Part shown: piece after piece, positions 27,983-36,852 of the stretch | How positions within the stretch are numbered: the stretch's first letter is position 1 | Layout: the number at the start of each line of letters is the position of its first letter | From: Halapricum desulfuricans | GTDB lineage: Archaea; Halobacteriota; Halobacteria; Halobacteriales; Haloarculaceae | DNA: 64,000 nucleotides | Assembly (NCBI RefSeq): GCF_017094525.1 | Contig: NZ_CP064788.1 | Coordinates: forward strand, 975,030 to 1,039,029 | Direction: 5' to 3' | The notes under the pieces: model-generated | Seen by the model: the letters and a program-made list of their open reading frames with translations, nothing else | Databases searched by the model: none | Told to the model about the DNA's origin: nothing | Translations under genes and position numbers: made by a program

Positions 27983-29260
27983 TCACGAACCGAATAGCTC
28001 GCGTAGCTGCCTGAACAGAGAACCAGCCACGTCCGAGAGGCTGCGTTCGATCTCAGTCGCTTCCGTCGTCTCGCCCGACGAGCGAGTCGCCTCGGAACGA
28101 CGGAGGCTATCCGTTTCAATACCGACACGTTCCCGGTCGAGAGTCCCGGACGCCTCGCCGGCGATACCGGGAGCGTCCGTCCGTCTCTGCCAGGGGAACG
28201 TCCGCATCTCCGTCGACTGGGACTGGTCCCGGATTGTATCGAGGACGCTGCTGTCTTCCGCACGAGCGGCGAAGGAACTCCCCTCGGCGAAATCGCTTCG
28301 AGCGCGATGACGGCTCGTCGATCCGCCGACATCGGTCGAATAAGTACCACCGGAACAGCACAGAAGCGACACCGACTCGTCGAGGACAACCGCACGGAAC
28401 AGCGCAGTCAGATCACGTCGGAAATCGAGCATCGATTCGTATCGCTCGTCCCGTTTTTTCGCAAGGGCCGTTCCGAGGACCCCATCGACCGCTGCTGGAA
28501 GGTCGGGATCGACCTGTGTCGGCGGGTCAGGTGCATCAGTGAGATGGTGGTTCATCACCGCTTTGGCGGTGCCTGTAAACGGTGGATGCCCGGTCAGGAG
28601 CTCGTACACTACTGTCCCGAGCTGGTAGATGTCAGTTCGATCGTCCGGCGGCCCGAGCGTCTCGGGATCGAACTGTTCCGGTGCCGAGTACCGCGGTGAG
28701 AGTCCGTTCACCTCCTGTGAGTGGTGCAACAACAGTTTGGACAGTCCCCAGTCGCTCACCTTCGGAACGTCCCAGGTTCGGTCGTCGGTCGTCCGAAACA
28801 GCACGTTCTCGGGTTTCAGATCGAGATGTGCGACACCGTAGCGGTGGGCGTCCCGGACAGCGTTCGCGACCCAGGCACCGATCCACAGCGCTTCACCAAA
28901 GTCAATCTCACCGGTTCGGTCGGCAAGCGAGCCTCCGTCCATGTACTCCAGGGCGATCCAGGGAACCGGTGTCGAACCCCAGTCGACGATACCGACGATC
29001 CCGTCGTGGCTGTCGATCTGCTCCCACGTTTCTGCCTCCGAGACGACCCGCTGGGCGAGTTCCCGGTCCAGCGTCCCCTGCAGGCGCGGTTGCTTAACTG
29101 CCAGCACGGTGCCGTCCGGAGCACGCATCTTCGTTACGTCGGCTGTTCCTCCGATACCGATCTGCGCCTGCTCTTCCAGCGTCGAGAGATCAACATCGAT
29201 CGCTGGCGCCGCGGGCACGTGCTCTGGGATCGCCGTGTGATCAGTCGGCGATAGATTCAT
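27983..29260 (-). CDS. Hanks-type serine/threonine protein kinase
   Basis: VAIK-like AVK, HLDLKPENVL catalytic loop, SDWGLSK (DFG-equivalent) and APE motifs. Ser/Thr-rich C-terminal tail. Confidence 0.85.
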   Translation of the reverse strand: MNLSPTDHTAIPEHVPAAPAIDVDLSTLEEQAQIGIGGTADVTKMRAPDGTVLAVKQPRLQGTLDRELAQRVVSEAETWEQIDSHDGIVGIVDWGSTPVPWIALEYMDGGSLADRTGEIDFGEALWIGAWVANAVRDAHRYGVAHLDLKPENVLFRTTDDRTWDVPKVSDWGLSKLLLHHSQEVNGLSPRYSAPEQFDPETLGPPDDRTDIYQLGTVVYELLTGHPPFTGTAKAVMNHHLTDAPDPPTQVDPDLPAAVDGVLGTALAKKRDERYESMLDFRRDLTALFRAVVLDESVSLLCCSGGTYSTDVGGSTSRHRARSDFAEGSSFAARAEDSSVLDTIRDQSQSTEMRTFPWQRRTDAPGIAGEASGTLDRERVGIETDSLRRSEATRSSGETTEATEIERSLSDVAGSLFRQLRELFGS

Positions 29261-29469
29261 TGGACCCGACTAGCCGTATCCCGGTTCGGATGGGGTTCCC
29301 GAATCCGAAGCGGATATCTGGTCGCCCCCCTCTTGACGAGCGGGCGTCGGAGGGGGACGCTGTCGAATCCATCGGACGCGGTGTTCGGACGCACAGTTGT
29401 ATGCCAGTCTGGCACGATAAATAGTGTTTCGCTCGTTTCATAAAGTACTGGCCACCGGATAGGAGCCAG

Positions 29470-30240
29470 TCACACATCAGTGAGGTCCTCGCCGCACTCG
29501 GGACAGACCTGCGCTTTCGCGGGGATGGACTCGCCACAGAACAGACAGTACTTGCGAGTTCGTTTGTCTGCCGAACGTTCGGCCTCGCACTTCGGACAGA
29601 CCGGACCGGTATAGGTGATCCCATGAGTCTGACAGCTGTTTTGCGTGTCCGTTTCGCTGACTGTCTCCGGCGCGTCACCGGACGTGGCGCTCTGTGAGTT
29701 ACCACCGACGTTCGACCTGTTGACGACACTATCGTCGACGGTCACGTCGCCACCCCGCGAATCTTCCCCCGCCTGTCCGGGGCCGATGTCCGATCGGTTG
29801 ACGACGCTGTCGTTGACGGTCGTGCTGTTGTCGACCTTATCGCCGGCGACGTAATCGCCGCCGCTGACTTCGATCCGGGCGTCGCGCTCGACGGTCAGGC
29901 GGAGTTGGGTCTGGTAGCCGAGTTCGATCACCGCGTCTCGACGCACGCGCTCGCTGAATCCCTCTTCGATGTCGTGGGAGTCCCCTTCGGTCCGGACGAC
30001 GACGCCGTTAGAGTTTCCCCGGTTACGGACTTCGATCGACTCCGGCTGTGGGACGAACACGACAGGCGGATCGTCGCCTTTCTTCTTGGAGACGGTCACG
30101 TCCGCGATCCCGAGCGGTGCGACGCCGGTTTCGGTCTCGACGACGACTTCTTGATCCCGGGCGGGATCGCGGTAGACCTCCGTGCGTGACTCGATCGGGA
30201 CGGCCCCATTGTCGGTCCTCTCGGGCGAGAGATAGCCCTT
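29470..30240 (-). CDS. double zinc-ribbon protein with internal tandem repeats
   Basis: C-terminal CPKCEAE...CLFCGESIPAKAQVCPECGEDL. Tandem DSVVNRS(D/N)(I/V)G repeats, also visible at the nucleotide level. Start at MKGYLSP. Confidence 0.55.
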   Translation of the reverse strand, partial: KGYLSPERTDNGAVPIESRTEVYRDPARDQEVVVETETGVAPLGIADVTVSKKKGDDPPVVFVPQPESIEVRNRGNSNGVVVRTEGDSHDIEEGFSERVRRDAVIELGYQTQLRLTVERDARIEVSGGDYVAGDKVDNSTTVNDSVVNRSDIGPGQAGEDSRGGDVTVDDSVVNRSNVGGNSQSATSGDAPETVSETDTQNSCQTHGITYTGPVCPKCEAERSADKRTRKYCLFCGESIPAKAQVCPECGEDLTDV

Positions 30241-30346
30241 CATGCCTCTCTGCAAGCGTATTATATCTGGGAACCCATGAAAATGTGGGAATATGTCTGA
30301 TGCATATACATAGACCCAGACAAGCGTTTGGCCGCGACTTCGGGCG

Positions 30347-31117
30347 TCACTCCCGCATGTACGCCTGCTCGACCCGACTTGCGATCCGCTCGACACGCCT
30401 GATCCGATCCTCGGCCAACTCCCCATCCGTACCCAGCGCCTCGAAGGCCTCGATCAATCCCTCGACATCTTCCCGGACGTCCTCGTAGGCGCTATCGTCG
30501 ACGGGATGTTCGGCCATGAACTCCCGAACTTCCTCGGCGCGTTGGAGACACGCTGTCGCGGAGTCGTGGGCAGCTGCTTCCAGATGCTCCGCAAGCGACT
30601 GCCCGAGATAATCGACCGCCTCTTCACCGCCCTCGTCTTCCTCGTCGCTACCTTCATCTCGTTCCATCCGGGTGATATCCGACAGTCGCCGCCGGGCACG
30701 CCTGCGCTCGTCTTCGTAGGTCGCGTTGCCGGCGATCTCCGCCAGCGCCTTCCCCACTTCGCCCCGGAGCGTCTCACCCAGACCGGCATAGATCTCCCGG
30801 AGCGCGTCGATAGCGTCTAGCCGGTCGTCCGAAAACTTCGAATCATCAGCGAGTTCGGTTAGCGTCTCGACGACGACCTCTTCAATCGGGTCTGACTCGC
30901 TTTCGAAACAGGCCAGCAACTCCTCGCGGGCCAACTCGCGCTCGTCGCGGTGAGTCGACTCCAGTGTGATTTCCCGGAACGCCTCAGCGATAGTCCGCTT
31001 GTCCTCCACGGGCGCGTCCGGATACAGCTCGGCCAGCGACTCGATGGCCTCCTCGCGATCCCGCGAATAGGGCGAATCCAGCGCAGTCTCGCGATGCGTG
31101 TCGATGCTGTGCTGCAT
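30347..31117 (-). CDS. acidic alpha-helical repeat (HEAT-like) protein
   Basis: Repeated ...A.ESL.EL.......A..L.E... units. Start at MQHSIDTH (ATG 31115-31117). Confidence 0.45.
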   Translation of the reverse strand: MQHSIDTHRETALDSPYSRDREEAIESLAELYPDAPVEDKRTIAEAFREITLESTHRDERELAREELLACFESESDPIEEVVVETLTELADDSKFSDDRLDAIDALREIYAGLGETLRGEVGKALAEIAGNATYEDERRRARRRLSDITRMERDEGSDEEDEGGEEAVDYLGQSLAEHLEAAAHDSATACLQRAEEVREFMAEHPVDDSAYEDVREDVEGLIEAFEALGTDGELAEDRIRRVERIASRVEQAYMRE

Positions 31118-31118
31118 C

Positions 31119-32882
31119 TCAGTCACCTCCGAGGTCGTGGCCGCAATTGAGGCAAAACTCGTCGTCCGGCTCGACTTCCGCCTCACACTCGGGACAGACG
31201 ACGACCCGATCGGTACCGGAGTCATTACTACCGTCCGAGTCACTACCGCCGCCCTGGACGATCGTGGTGTCGCCGTCGTCGCTGCGCCCCGGATCGGAGA
31301 CGATCACGTTGTCGGAGGTGTCTTCGGCCGCGGCTGTGCCGGTCTCGCTCACGTTGTCCATCGCGGACTCGCTGGTCTCCTGTACCCGGTCCATCGAATC
31401 CGCAGCGATGTCTTTGATCTCCTCGCGGAACTCCTTTTGATCCTCGGCACGCTTGCGCTCGGCCTCGGCGTTGTGGGCCTCCTGGCGGGCCTTCGCGAGT
31501 TCGTCGGAGTCTTTCGCGCCAAGCGCTTCCAGTTGCTCGGGGGTGAGGTCCTCGGCAGCCTCGATCTCGGCGATCTCGGAGACGGCCTCGTCGACACTGT
31601 CCATACTCGCAAGCGTCGAAAGATCGACTTCGTCGCGTGCCCGCAGACGCTCTTTCTCGACTTCGGCCTCGTGTTCCTCGCGGCGCATTTCCAACTCATC
31701 TTCGCGTTCCTCGACGTCGAGACCGTCCATATCCTTCTTTTTCTTGAGGTGCATCAGGTCCTCGATCTCATCGACGTCCTGCTCGTGTTCGAGTTCGCGC
31801 CGTTCGACCTCGCCCTCTTTTTTCGTGGTTTTGATCTCTTCGGTGTGCTCAACGTCCTCGCGTTCGGCCGTGTGCTCGTGGCGGCGCTCCATGTCCGACT
31901 TCTCGTGTCGGTGTTCGATCTCCTGGGTCTCGATCTCGTGGTCGGCGGCCTGCTCGCTGGTCTCCCGGCGGACGCGCTGCTCGTTTTCGTGAACGCTGTC
32001 CGCAGTCTCGCGCTCGCGATCCCGGCGGTCCAGTCGGGCTTCGTCGTCCTTGATATCCTCCTCTTTCTCGCGGATCTCGACGTCCTTGTTCGCCTCGCGG
32101 ATGTGGTCCTGATCGTCCACGAAACTGACAGACAGCAGATCGACCAATCGAAGACCGTACCGCTGGAGGGCCGAGCGACAGGCACGCTCGATATTCTGAG
32201 CGAGTCGCTGTTTGAGTTCGCGATTACCATAGACGTCCTCGCGGTCGTACTCGCGCATCGTCGCTTCCAGTTCGTCCTCGATCGGACCGCCAAGCACCTG
32301 TTGGAAAGTCCGGCTGGTGACGGTCCCGCGGTCGGAAAGCAGACTCGTAAACAGTGTCATCGGATCGTCGACATCGATGGCGAGTTCGAAAGCGACGTCC
32401 AGCGGATACTCGCTGGCGGTCCGAGCACTCGCTTCGAGCGTGACCGTTGTCTCACGGCGCTCGATCAAGATTGCCGCGATGTCGCCGGTCTTCTGCAAGG
32501 ACGTGATCTGCTCACCCAGCGAGTCTAGCGTATGTTTGCCCGGTCCCAGCCGCTCGACGACTTGCCCATCGTGCACGAAAAGCGCCTCGTTGCCGGCCTC
32601 GATCGAGACCTGCTTTCGCCGTGTTAGTTTCCCCCAGAGACTATCGGATCCGAGCTCGCCGGCGTCGGCACGGCGAGCGAACTCGTGCGGTTTCAACCGG
32701 AGTGCGCCGTCCTGAGACGCTGTTGTCGGGCCGAGTTCGGCACGGCAGTTCGGGCAAAAGTTCGCCGCTGCTGGCACGGCTGTCCCGCAGTCGGGGCAAG
32801 TCCGCTCGACGGACGCACCACACTCACTGCAGAACGTCGCCTCGTCAGGCAGCGAGGCCCCGCAGTCGGGGCAGGTCGTCAT
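31119..32882 (-). CDS. SPFH/band-7 (flotillin-like) protein with N- and C-terminal zinc ribbons and a long charged coiled coil
   Basis: N-terminal CPDCG...CSECG...CPDCG...CPNC. SPFH core SIEAGNEALFVHDGQVVERLGPGKH ... YGLRLVDLLSVSF. E/R/K-rich flotillin-like coiled coil. C-terminal CPECEAE...CLNCGH. Confidence 0.65.
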   Translation of the reverse strand: MTTCPDCGASLPDEATFCSECGASVERTCPDCGTAVPAAANFCPNCRAELGPTTASQDGALRLKPHEFARRADAGELGSDSLWGKLTRRKQVSIEAGNEALFVHDGQVVERLGPGKHTLDSLGEQITSLQKTGDIAAILIERRETTVTLEASARTASEYPLDVAFELAIDVDDPMTLFTSLLSDRGTVTSRTFQQVLGGPIEDELEATMREYDREDVYGNRELKQRLAQNIERACRSALQRYGLRLVDLLSVSFVDDQDHIREANKDVEIREKEEDIKDDEARLDRRDRERETADSVHENEQRVRRETSEQAADHEIETQEIEHRHEKSDMERRHEHTAEREDVEHTEEIKTTKKEGEVERRELEHEQDVDEIEDLMHLKKKKDMDGLDVEEREDELEMRREEHEAEVEKERLRARDEVDLSTLASMDSVDEAVSEIAEIEAAEDLTPEQLEALGAKDSDELAKARQEAHNAEAERKRAEDQKEFREEIKDIAADSMDRVQETSESAMDNVSETGTAAAEDTSDNVIVSDPGRSDDGDTTIVQGGGSDSDGSNDSGTDRVVVCPECEAEVEPDDEFCLNCGHDLGGD

Positions 32883-32952
32883 AGTTGCCCCCCATGCAGC
32901 GAGTCAAGACGGTTTGGGTCAGTCGATACGCGCGTAGTGGTCTGCTCGTGTG

Positions 32953-33717
32953 TCATCGTGGATTATCTCCCTGATCGAGGCGCTGCTGTCGGCGTTCGAG
33001 GGCGGTTTCGAGGTCGCGGAGCCGGCGGTGAACCGTCTCGAAGTGTTCTCCGGCGGGGTTAGGAAGAGACTGCTCTAGGGCGTCAAGTTCCTCGTGGAGC
33101 CGGTCGATAGCCGCCACGAGATCCGTATGAATAGAGACAACGGCCGAACGATCGCGAAGAGATACGGCATCAGTAGATATGCCGTCCTGTGGACTCGTTA
33201 TTCGCTGTTCGGCCTGCCGGACGGTTTCGGCCAGCGAGCCGACTCGGGCGGCAGCGTCCCGGTCACCACTCTCGACGAGTCGATCGTGAACGTCGTCAAG
33301 GACTGACCTGGCCGCCGCGAGCTCGGTAGCCAGGTGCGATCGAACCTCGGCGTCGACGCTGGCGATCGAATCGGGCGACGAGTACGGCTCCGAGACGACG
33401 TCCCTGAGCGGTTCCGGAACGTCAACCGCGTCGGGCTGAGGGGGTGTCGACAGATCAGCCGCTGCTGGCGCAGACGCGGCTTCGGAGCTGTGGCGGGCAA
33501 AATGATACGCGATCCCCCAGAGAAACGCCAAAGCGGTGGATATCAGCAACATGCCGGTCACGGACTCGGGCAGCGAGAGGCCGACAGTCGAGAGCACTGA
33601 ATCACCGATCGACCGACTGATCCCCGTCACAAGGGACGTATGAGCACTGATGTATGCGCCGAGGACGATACTTCCGAAAGAAGCGATCGCGTGTGAAGCG
33701 CCTGTCTTGGCCGGCAT
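32953..33717 (-). CDS. membrane protein, possible SPFH partner
   Basis: Three N-terminal TM helices and a helical C-terminal domain. Confidence 0.4.
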   Translation of the reverse strand: MPAKTGASHAIASFGSIVLGAYISAHTSLVTGISRSIGDSVLSTVGLSLPESVTGMLLISTALAFLWGIAYHFARHSSEAASAPAAADLSTPPQPDAVDVPEPLRDVVSEPYSSPDSIASVDAEVRSHLATELAAARSVLDDVHDRLVESGDRDAAARVGSLAETVRQAEQRITSPQDGISTDAVSLRDRSAVVSIHTDLVAAIDRLHEELDALEQSLPNPAGEHFETVHRRLRDLETALERRQQRLDQGDNPR

Positions 33718-33720
33718 ACG

Positions 33721-34929
33721 TCACCTCTCGTATCCCGTCAGTGTCGCCTCGGTCTCCTCGATCGCCCGTTCGAGATGGGATTGAGTGATCGGCTGGACAT
33801 CGTCACTCTCGCGGGCGTCTTCGAGGGCGTATCTGGCGGCATTGGTCGCAACGATCTCCAGATCGCGCGCCGAGTAGCCCGCCGTCTGTCCCTTCGTCGT
33901 TTCCCAGTCGATCTCTTCGTGGAGGACCGGTCGATTCCGGAAGTGAACTCGCAATATCGCTGCGCGTGCCGGTGCGTCAGGAGGGGGGACTTCGATCCGC
34001 TCCTGAAAGCGGCTAACTGCGGCGTCGTCGACTTCCTCGGGGAGGTTCGTCGCGCCGACAACGATCACATCCTCGCCGCGGGTTTCGGTGAGTTCAGTCA
34101 GAAACTGGTTGACCATCTGGCGTTCGCTCTGAGTCTTCTGCGAGCCGCCGCTTCGGGACGGCATCAGGGCGTCGATCTCGTCGACGAAGATCAGACATGG
34201 CTGGTTCGATCGAGCGACCTCGAACAGCTCCGCGACGTTGTCAGCCGCTTCCCCGACCAGTGAGCTGGTGATGTCCGTGGCCCCGATCTCGATGAAATTG
34301 TAGCCGAGCTCTCCGGCCAGGGCGTTCGTAATGTACGTCTTCCCGGTTCCCGGCGGCCCGTACAGGAGGATCGCGTTGACGACGCCGAGATCGTACTCCT
34401 CGTAGAGGTCCGGCCGCTCCAGCGGATCGATCACGGTGTCTCTGAGTGTCTCCTTGAGCTCGCCCATCCCGCCGACGTCCTCGAAAGCCATCTCGGGCGG
34501 CTCTTCGAGAAATCCGCTCGCGTCCGTCTCTGTATCCGGTGTGGCTGACGACACCCCACTCGGCCGGGAGCCGTTGTTTCGACCGTCTGACGACTTCCCG
34601 CTCGCCGACGGAGTACTGTTCGGTGGCGTATCTGACCTCAATGGCCCATCGGGAGCATCTGCACCCGTTCCCGGCTGCTGACCGTCGAGCGAGCCAGCCC
34701 CTTCGAGTCGCTCGGCAGCCGTTCGAAGGTTTTCGGCGAGTTCGTGCCGCTTCGTCGCGAGCCGATCGCTCGACTCGGCGTTGGCGATGTCTTCGAGCGT
34801 CTCCGCACACTTGCGGTAGAGCTTCGCGGCTTTCTCGGCGTCACCGCGTTCCCGGTAGGCGTCGGCCTTCACCCGGTACTGCTCGTAGTTGTCCTTGAGG
34901 ATCTGCTTCTGGGCCTGATCTTCGATCAT
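33721..34929 (-). CDS. MIT-domain AAA+ ATPase (Vps4/CdvC-like)
   Basis: N-terminal MIT-like three-helix region (MIEDQAQKQILKDNYEQYRVKADAYRERGDAEKAAKLYRKCAETLEDIA), a Ser/Pro-rich linker and an AAA domain. Walker A GPPGTGKT, Walker B IFVDEID, SRH ...AVSRFQERIEVPPPD. An alternative start at 35001 would overlap the upstream gene. Confidence 0.75.
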   Translation of the reverse strand: MIEDQAQKQILKDNYEQYRVKADAYRERGDAEKAAKLYRKCAETLEDIANAESSDRLATKRHELAENLRTAAERLEGAGSLDGQQPGTGADAPDGPLRSDTPPNSTPSASGKSSDGRNNGSRPSGVSSATPDTETDASGFLEEPPEMAFEDVGGMGELKETLRDTVIDPLERPDLYEEYDLGVVNAILLYGPPGTGKTYITNALAGELGYNFIEIGATDITSSLVGEAADNVAELFEVARSNQPCLIFVDEIDALMPSRSGGSQKTQSERQMVNQFLTELTETRGEDVIVVGATNLPEEVDDAAVSRFQERIEVPPPDAPARAAILRVHFRNRPVLHEEIDWETTKGQTAGYSARDLEIVATNAARYALEDARESDDVQPITQSHLERAIEETEATLTGYER

Positions 34930-34966
34930 CGCGGGTCCTCCGATCGTTGCGCCGCCCGAATCATGG

Positions 34967-35689
34967 TCAGATCGTGCCGATGTCTTCGTCGAGGTCCTCA
35001 TCGAGGTCGGCGTCGAGACTCACCTCATCGAGGCCCTCTTCAGCTTCAACTTCCTGTTCGACGTCGATCTCTTCCTCGGAGATCTCTCCCGCCGCCATCT
35101 CCTCCATCATCTCCATCTCTTCGCTGTCTTCGGTCCCCATCTCGACGTTCATCACATCGATGTCCAGCCCTTCCTGAACCTCCTGCATGATCTCCATGTC
35201 GAGGTCGAACTCGACCATCTGATTCATCATGTCCTCCTGAACGGACTCGACGTCGACATCACGTTCCCGGATGATCTGTTCGATTTCGGTCGTGTCCCCA
35301 TCGTGCATGTCCTGGAGTTCGCGCGCCCCTTCTACGCTGACGACCGTCCCGAGGACAACGCTGTTTTTCTGGTACTGCTTCTTCTTTAGTTTGTACTTCT
35401 TTTTCGCAATCTGTGCCTTCTTCGCGTAGCTTTCCCGCTCGATTTCGTTCGTCTGTGCTCCCTTCTGGAGCAACTCCTTGTACTCGTTTGCATACTGATT
35501 CATCTCCTGTTCGATCCGCTTGCGCTGCTTGCGGAGTTTGATCTTGTCCCGACGGAGGTCCTCGTCGTTGTAGACTGCCTCATCAAGCAGGGAATTGGCC
35601 GATTCACCGAAGTAATCCTGTACCCAGTTGCGAACTTGCATGGTTGGTGTGTATGTTTGGATTGGCAAATTACTTTGCACGCGATCCAT
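34967..35689 (-). CDS. ESCRT-III/Snf7-like coiled-coil protein with an acidic C-terminal tail
   Basis: Basic N-terminal helices (LRRDKIKLRKQRKRIEQEMNQYANEYKELLQKGAQTNEIERESYAKKAQIAKKKYKLKKKQYQ). Central and C-terminal Met/Glu/Asp-rich helices (MMNQMVEFDLDMEIMQEVQEGLD). This is the Snf7/CHMP charge asymmetry, and the gene sits next to the MIT-AAA ATPase. Confidence 0.55.
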   Translation of the reverse strand: MDRVQSNLPIQTYTPTMQVRNWVQDYFGESANSLLDEAVYNDEDLRRDKIKLRKQRKRIEQEMNQYANEYKELLQKGAQTNEIERESYAKKAQIAKKKYKLKKKQYQKNSVVLGTVVSVEGARELQDMHDGDTTEIEQIIRERDVDVESVQEDMMNQMVEFDLDMEIMQEVQEGLDIDVMNVEMGTEDSEEMEMMEEMAAGEISEEEIDVEQEVEAEEGLDEVSLDADLDEDLDEDIGTI

Positions 35690-35967
35690 CAGATCTCTGG
35701 TTCAAACACCAGCAGCGTCCCGAGCACGCCCAGCACCGAGCCAGCGGCGGCAGCCAGCACCAGCAACTTCATCTCCGAAACGGTGACCGTCAGCATCTCC
35801 TCGCCGAACGTCGCCTCGGCGTAGATGATCGCTGCGCCAACGAGTACGCCGCCGAACGCCCCAGCCGCGACCCGCTGTTCCATCAACTTGTACACGCCCA
35901 ACACGAGGGTCGCAGCGACGAGGAGGTTCAGTACGAACGCGCCTCCGATCCAGAGTGTGATCGACAT
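35689..35967 (-). CDS. small membrane protein (three TM helices), first gene of the accessory cluster
   Basis: 92 aa, hydrophobic; its start codon overlaps the next gene. Confidence 0.45.
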   Translation of the reverse strand: MSITLWIGGAFVLNLLVAATLVLGVYKLMEQRVAAGAFGGVLVGAAIIYAEATFGEEMLTVTVSEMKLLVLAAAAGSVLGVLGTLLVFEPEI

Positions 35968-36330
35968 GGCTTTGTCAGCTCACGTGACCAACATCCGTGT
36001 CTACCCACTTAAATTTACCTACTATCTGGTTCTTCTACTGAATATCCATTTTGGAGAAGAATGTGTATCGAATATTCACACTCGTAGACGATCAATAGGC
36101 CGACAAAGTGGGGTATAGCGACCCGTTTGTGCGCTGTACACGACCGAGCGTCGTTGAAAGCGACCACTGTGCCCACAGACTGCTTGCCTCCGATTTGGAG
36201 AAAAGCTTTAGTTATTGGCATCGGAGATATAGAACAGAGATGAGACAGTCAGGTATGCGGACCCGCGCAGTCCGGTCGATCGGGGCAGTCGATCGACGTG
36301 AGAGGTGGCGGTCAGTGCAGGTGTTCGCCC
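35968..36330. promoter_or_regulatory. AT-rich divergent promoter region between the minus-strand cluster and the plus-strand gene pair
   Basis: About 45% GC with TATA-like motifs (tttaaatttacc, atattcacact). Confidence 0.5.
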
Positions 36331-36852
36331 ATGAGTGGTGAGTCAGATGAGGAGTACCTGTTCGTGGTCGACTACAAGTCGGACGCCGAGCGCAAACGCG
36401 TCGAGTATCTGTTCGAGAACGCGGACGGCGAGATCGAGTCGCTCGAAGGGCTGTCACGGATTGCGCACGATGTCGACCACGAGGCCATCTACGAGCAGCT
36501 CGTCTCGAAGGTCCCCGACGAGCAAGTCACGGCGTATCGTCTCGAACCGGTCGACATCGCGGCCGAACCCGAGCGCGTCACCGTCGAGCAGACGATCGAC
36601 GCGGCACCCGAAACCGTCGAGACGTTCGTCGAGTACATGCTCTCGAAGAAGAAAGCGGTCCTCCAGTCGTCAGCACGCAACGTGTACGAAGTCTACACGA
36701 AGAAAGGCCGTGCGGAGATCAGCTACGAACTCGACGGCGACGGCGGCGGGACGGTCGCCAGGATCCGGATCGACGGCTATCCGCCAGCACCGTCGTTTCT
36801 CGCCGAGTTCTTCGAGACCGAACTGACAGATTATGCGGAGAGCCAATTATGA
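36331..36852 (+). CDS. hypothetical acidic protein
   Basis: 174 aa from MSGESDEEY. Overlaps the downstream gene by 4 nt. Confidence 0.5.
   Translation: MSGESDEEYLFVVDYKSDAERKRVEYLFENADGEIESLEGLSRIAHDVDHEAIYEQLVSKVPDEQVTAYRLEPVDIAAEPERVTVEQTIDAAPETVETFVEYMLSKKKAVLQSSARNVYEVYTKKGRAEISYELDGDGGGTVARIRIDGYPPAPSFLAEFFETELTDYAESQL

Noticed and set aside
29470-30240. FHA domain in the zinc-ribbon protein next to the kinase
   Set aside because: Kinase adjacency made FHA plausible, but the GR...S.H..I......D.GS.NGT.VNG core pattern is absent. It is called a repeat-containing zinc-ribbon protein instead.
34967-35001. 35-nt overlap between the MIT-AAA ATPase (start 35001) and the ESCRT-III-like gene
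   Set aside because: An internal Met (MIEDQAQK, start 34929) begins exactly at the MIT-like helix and removes the overlap. The longer N-terminus is Ser/Arg low-complexity, so the shorter model is preferred.
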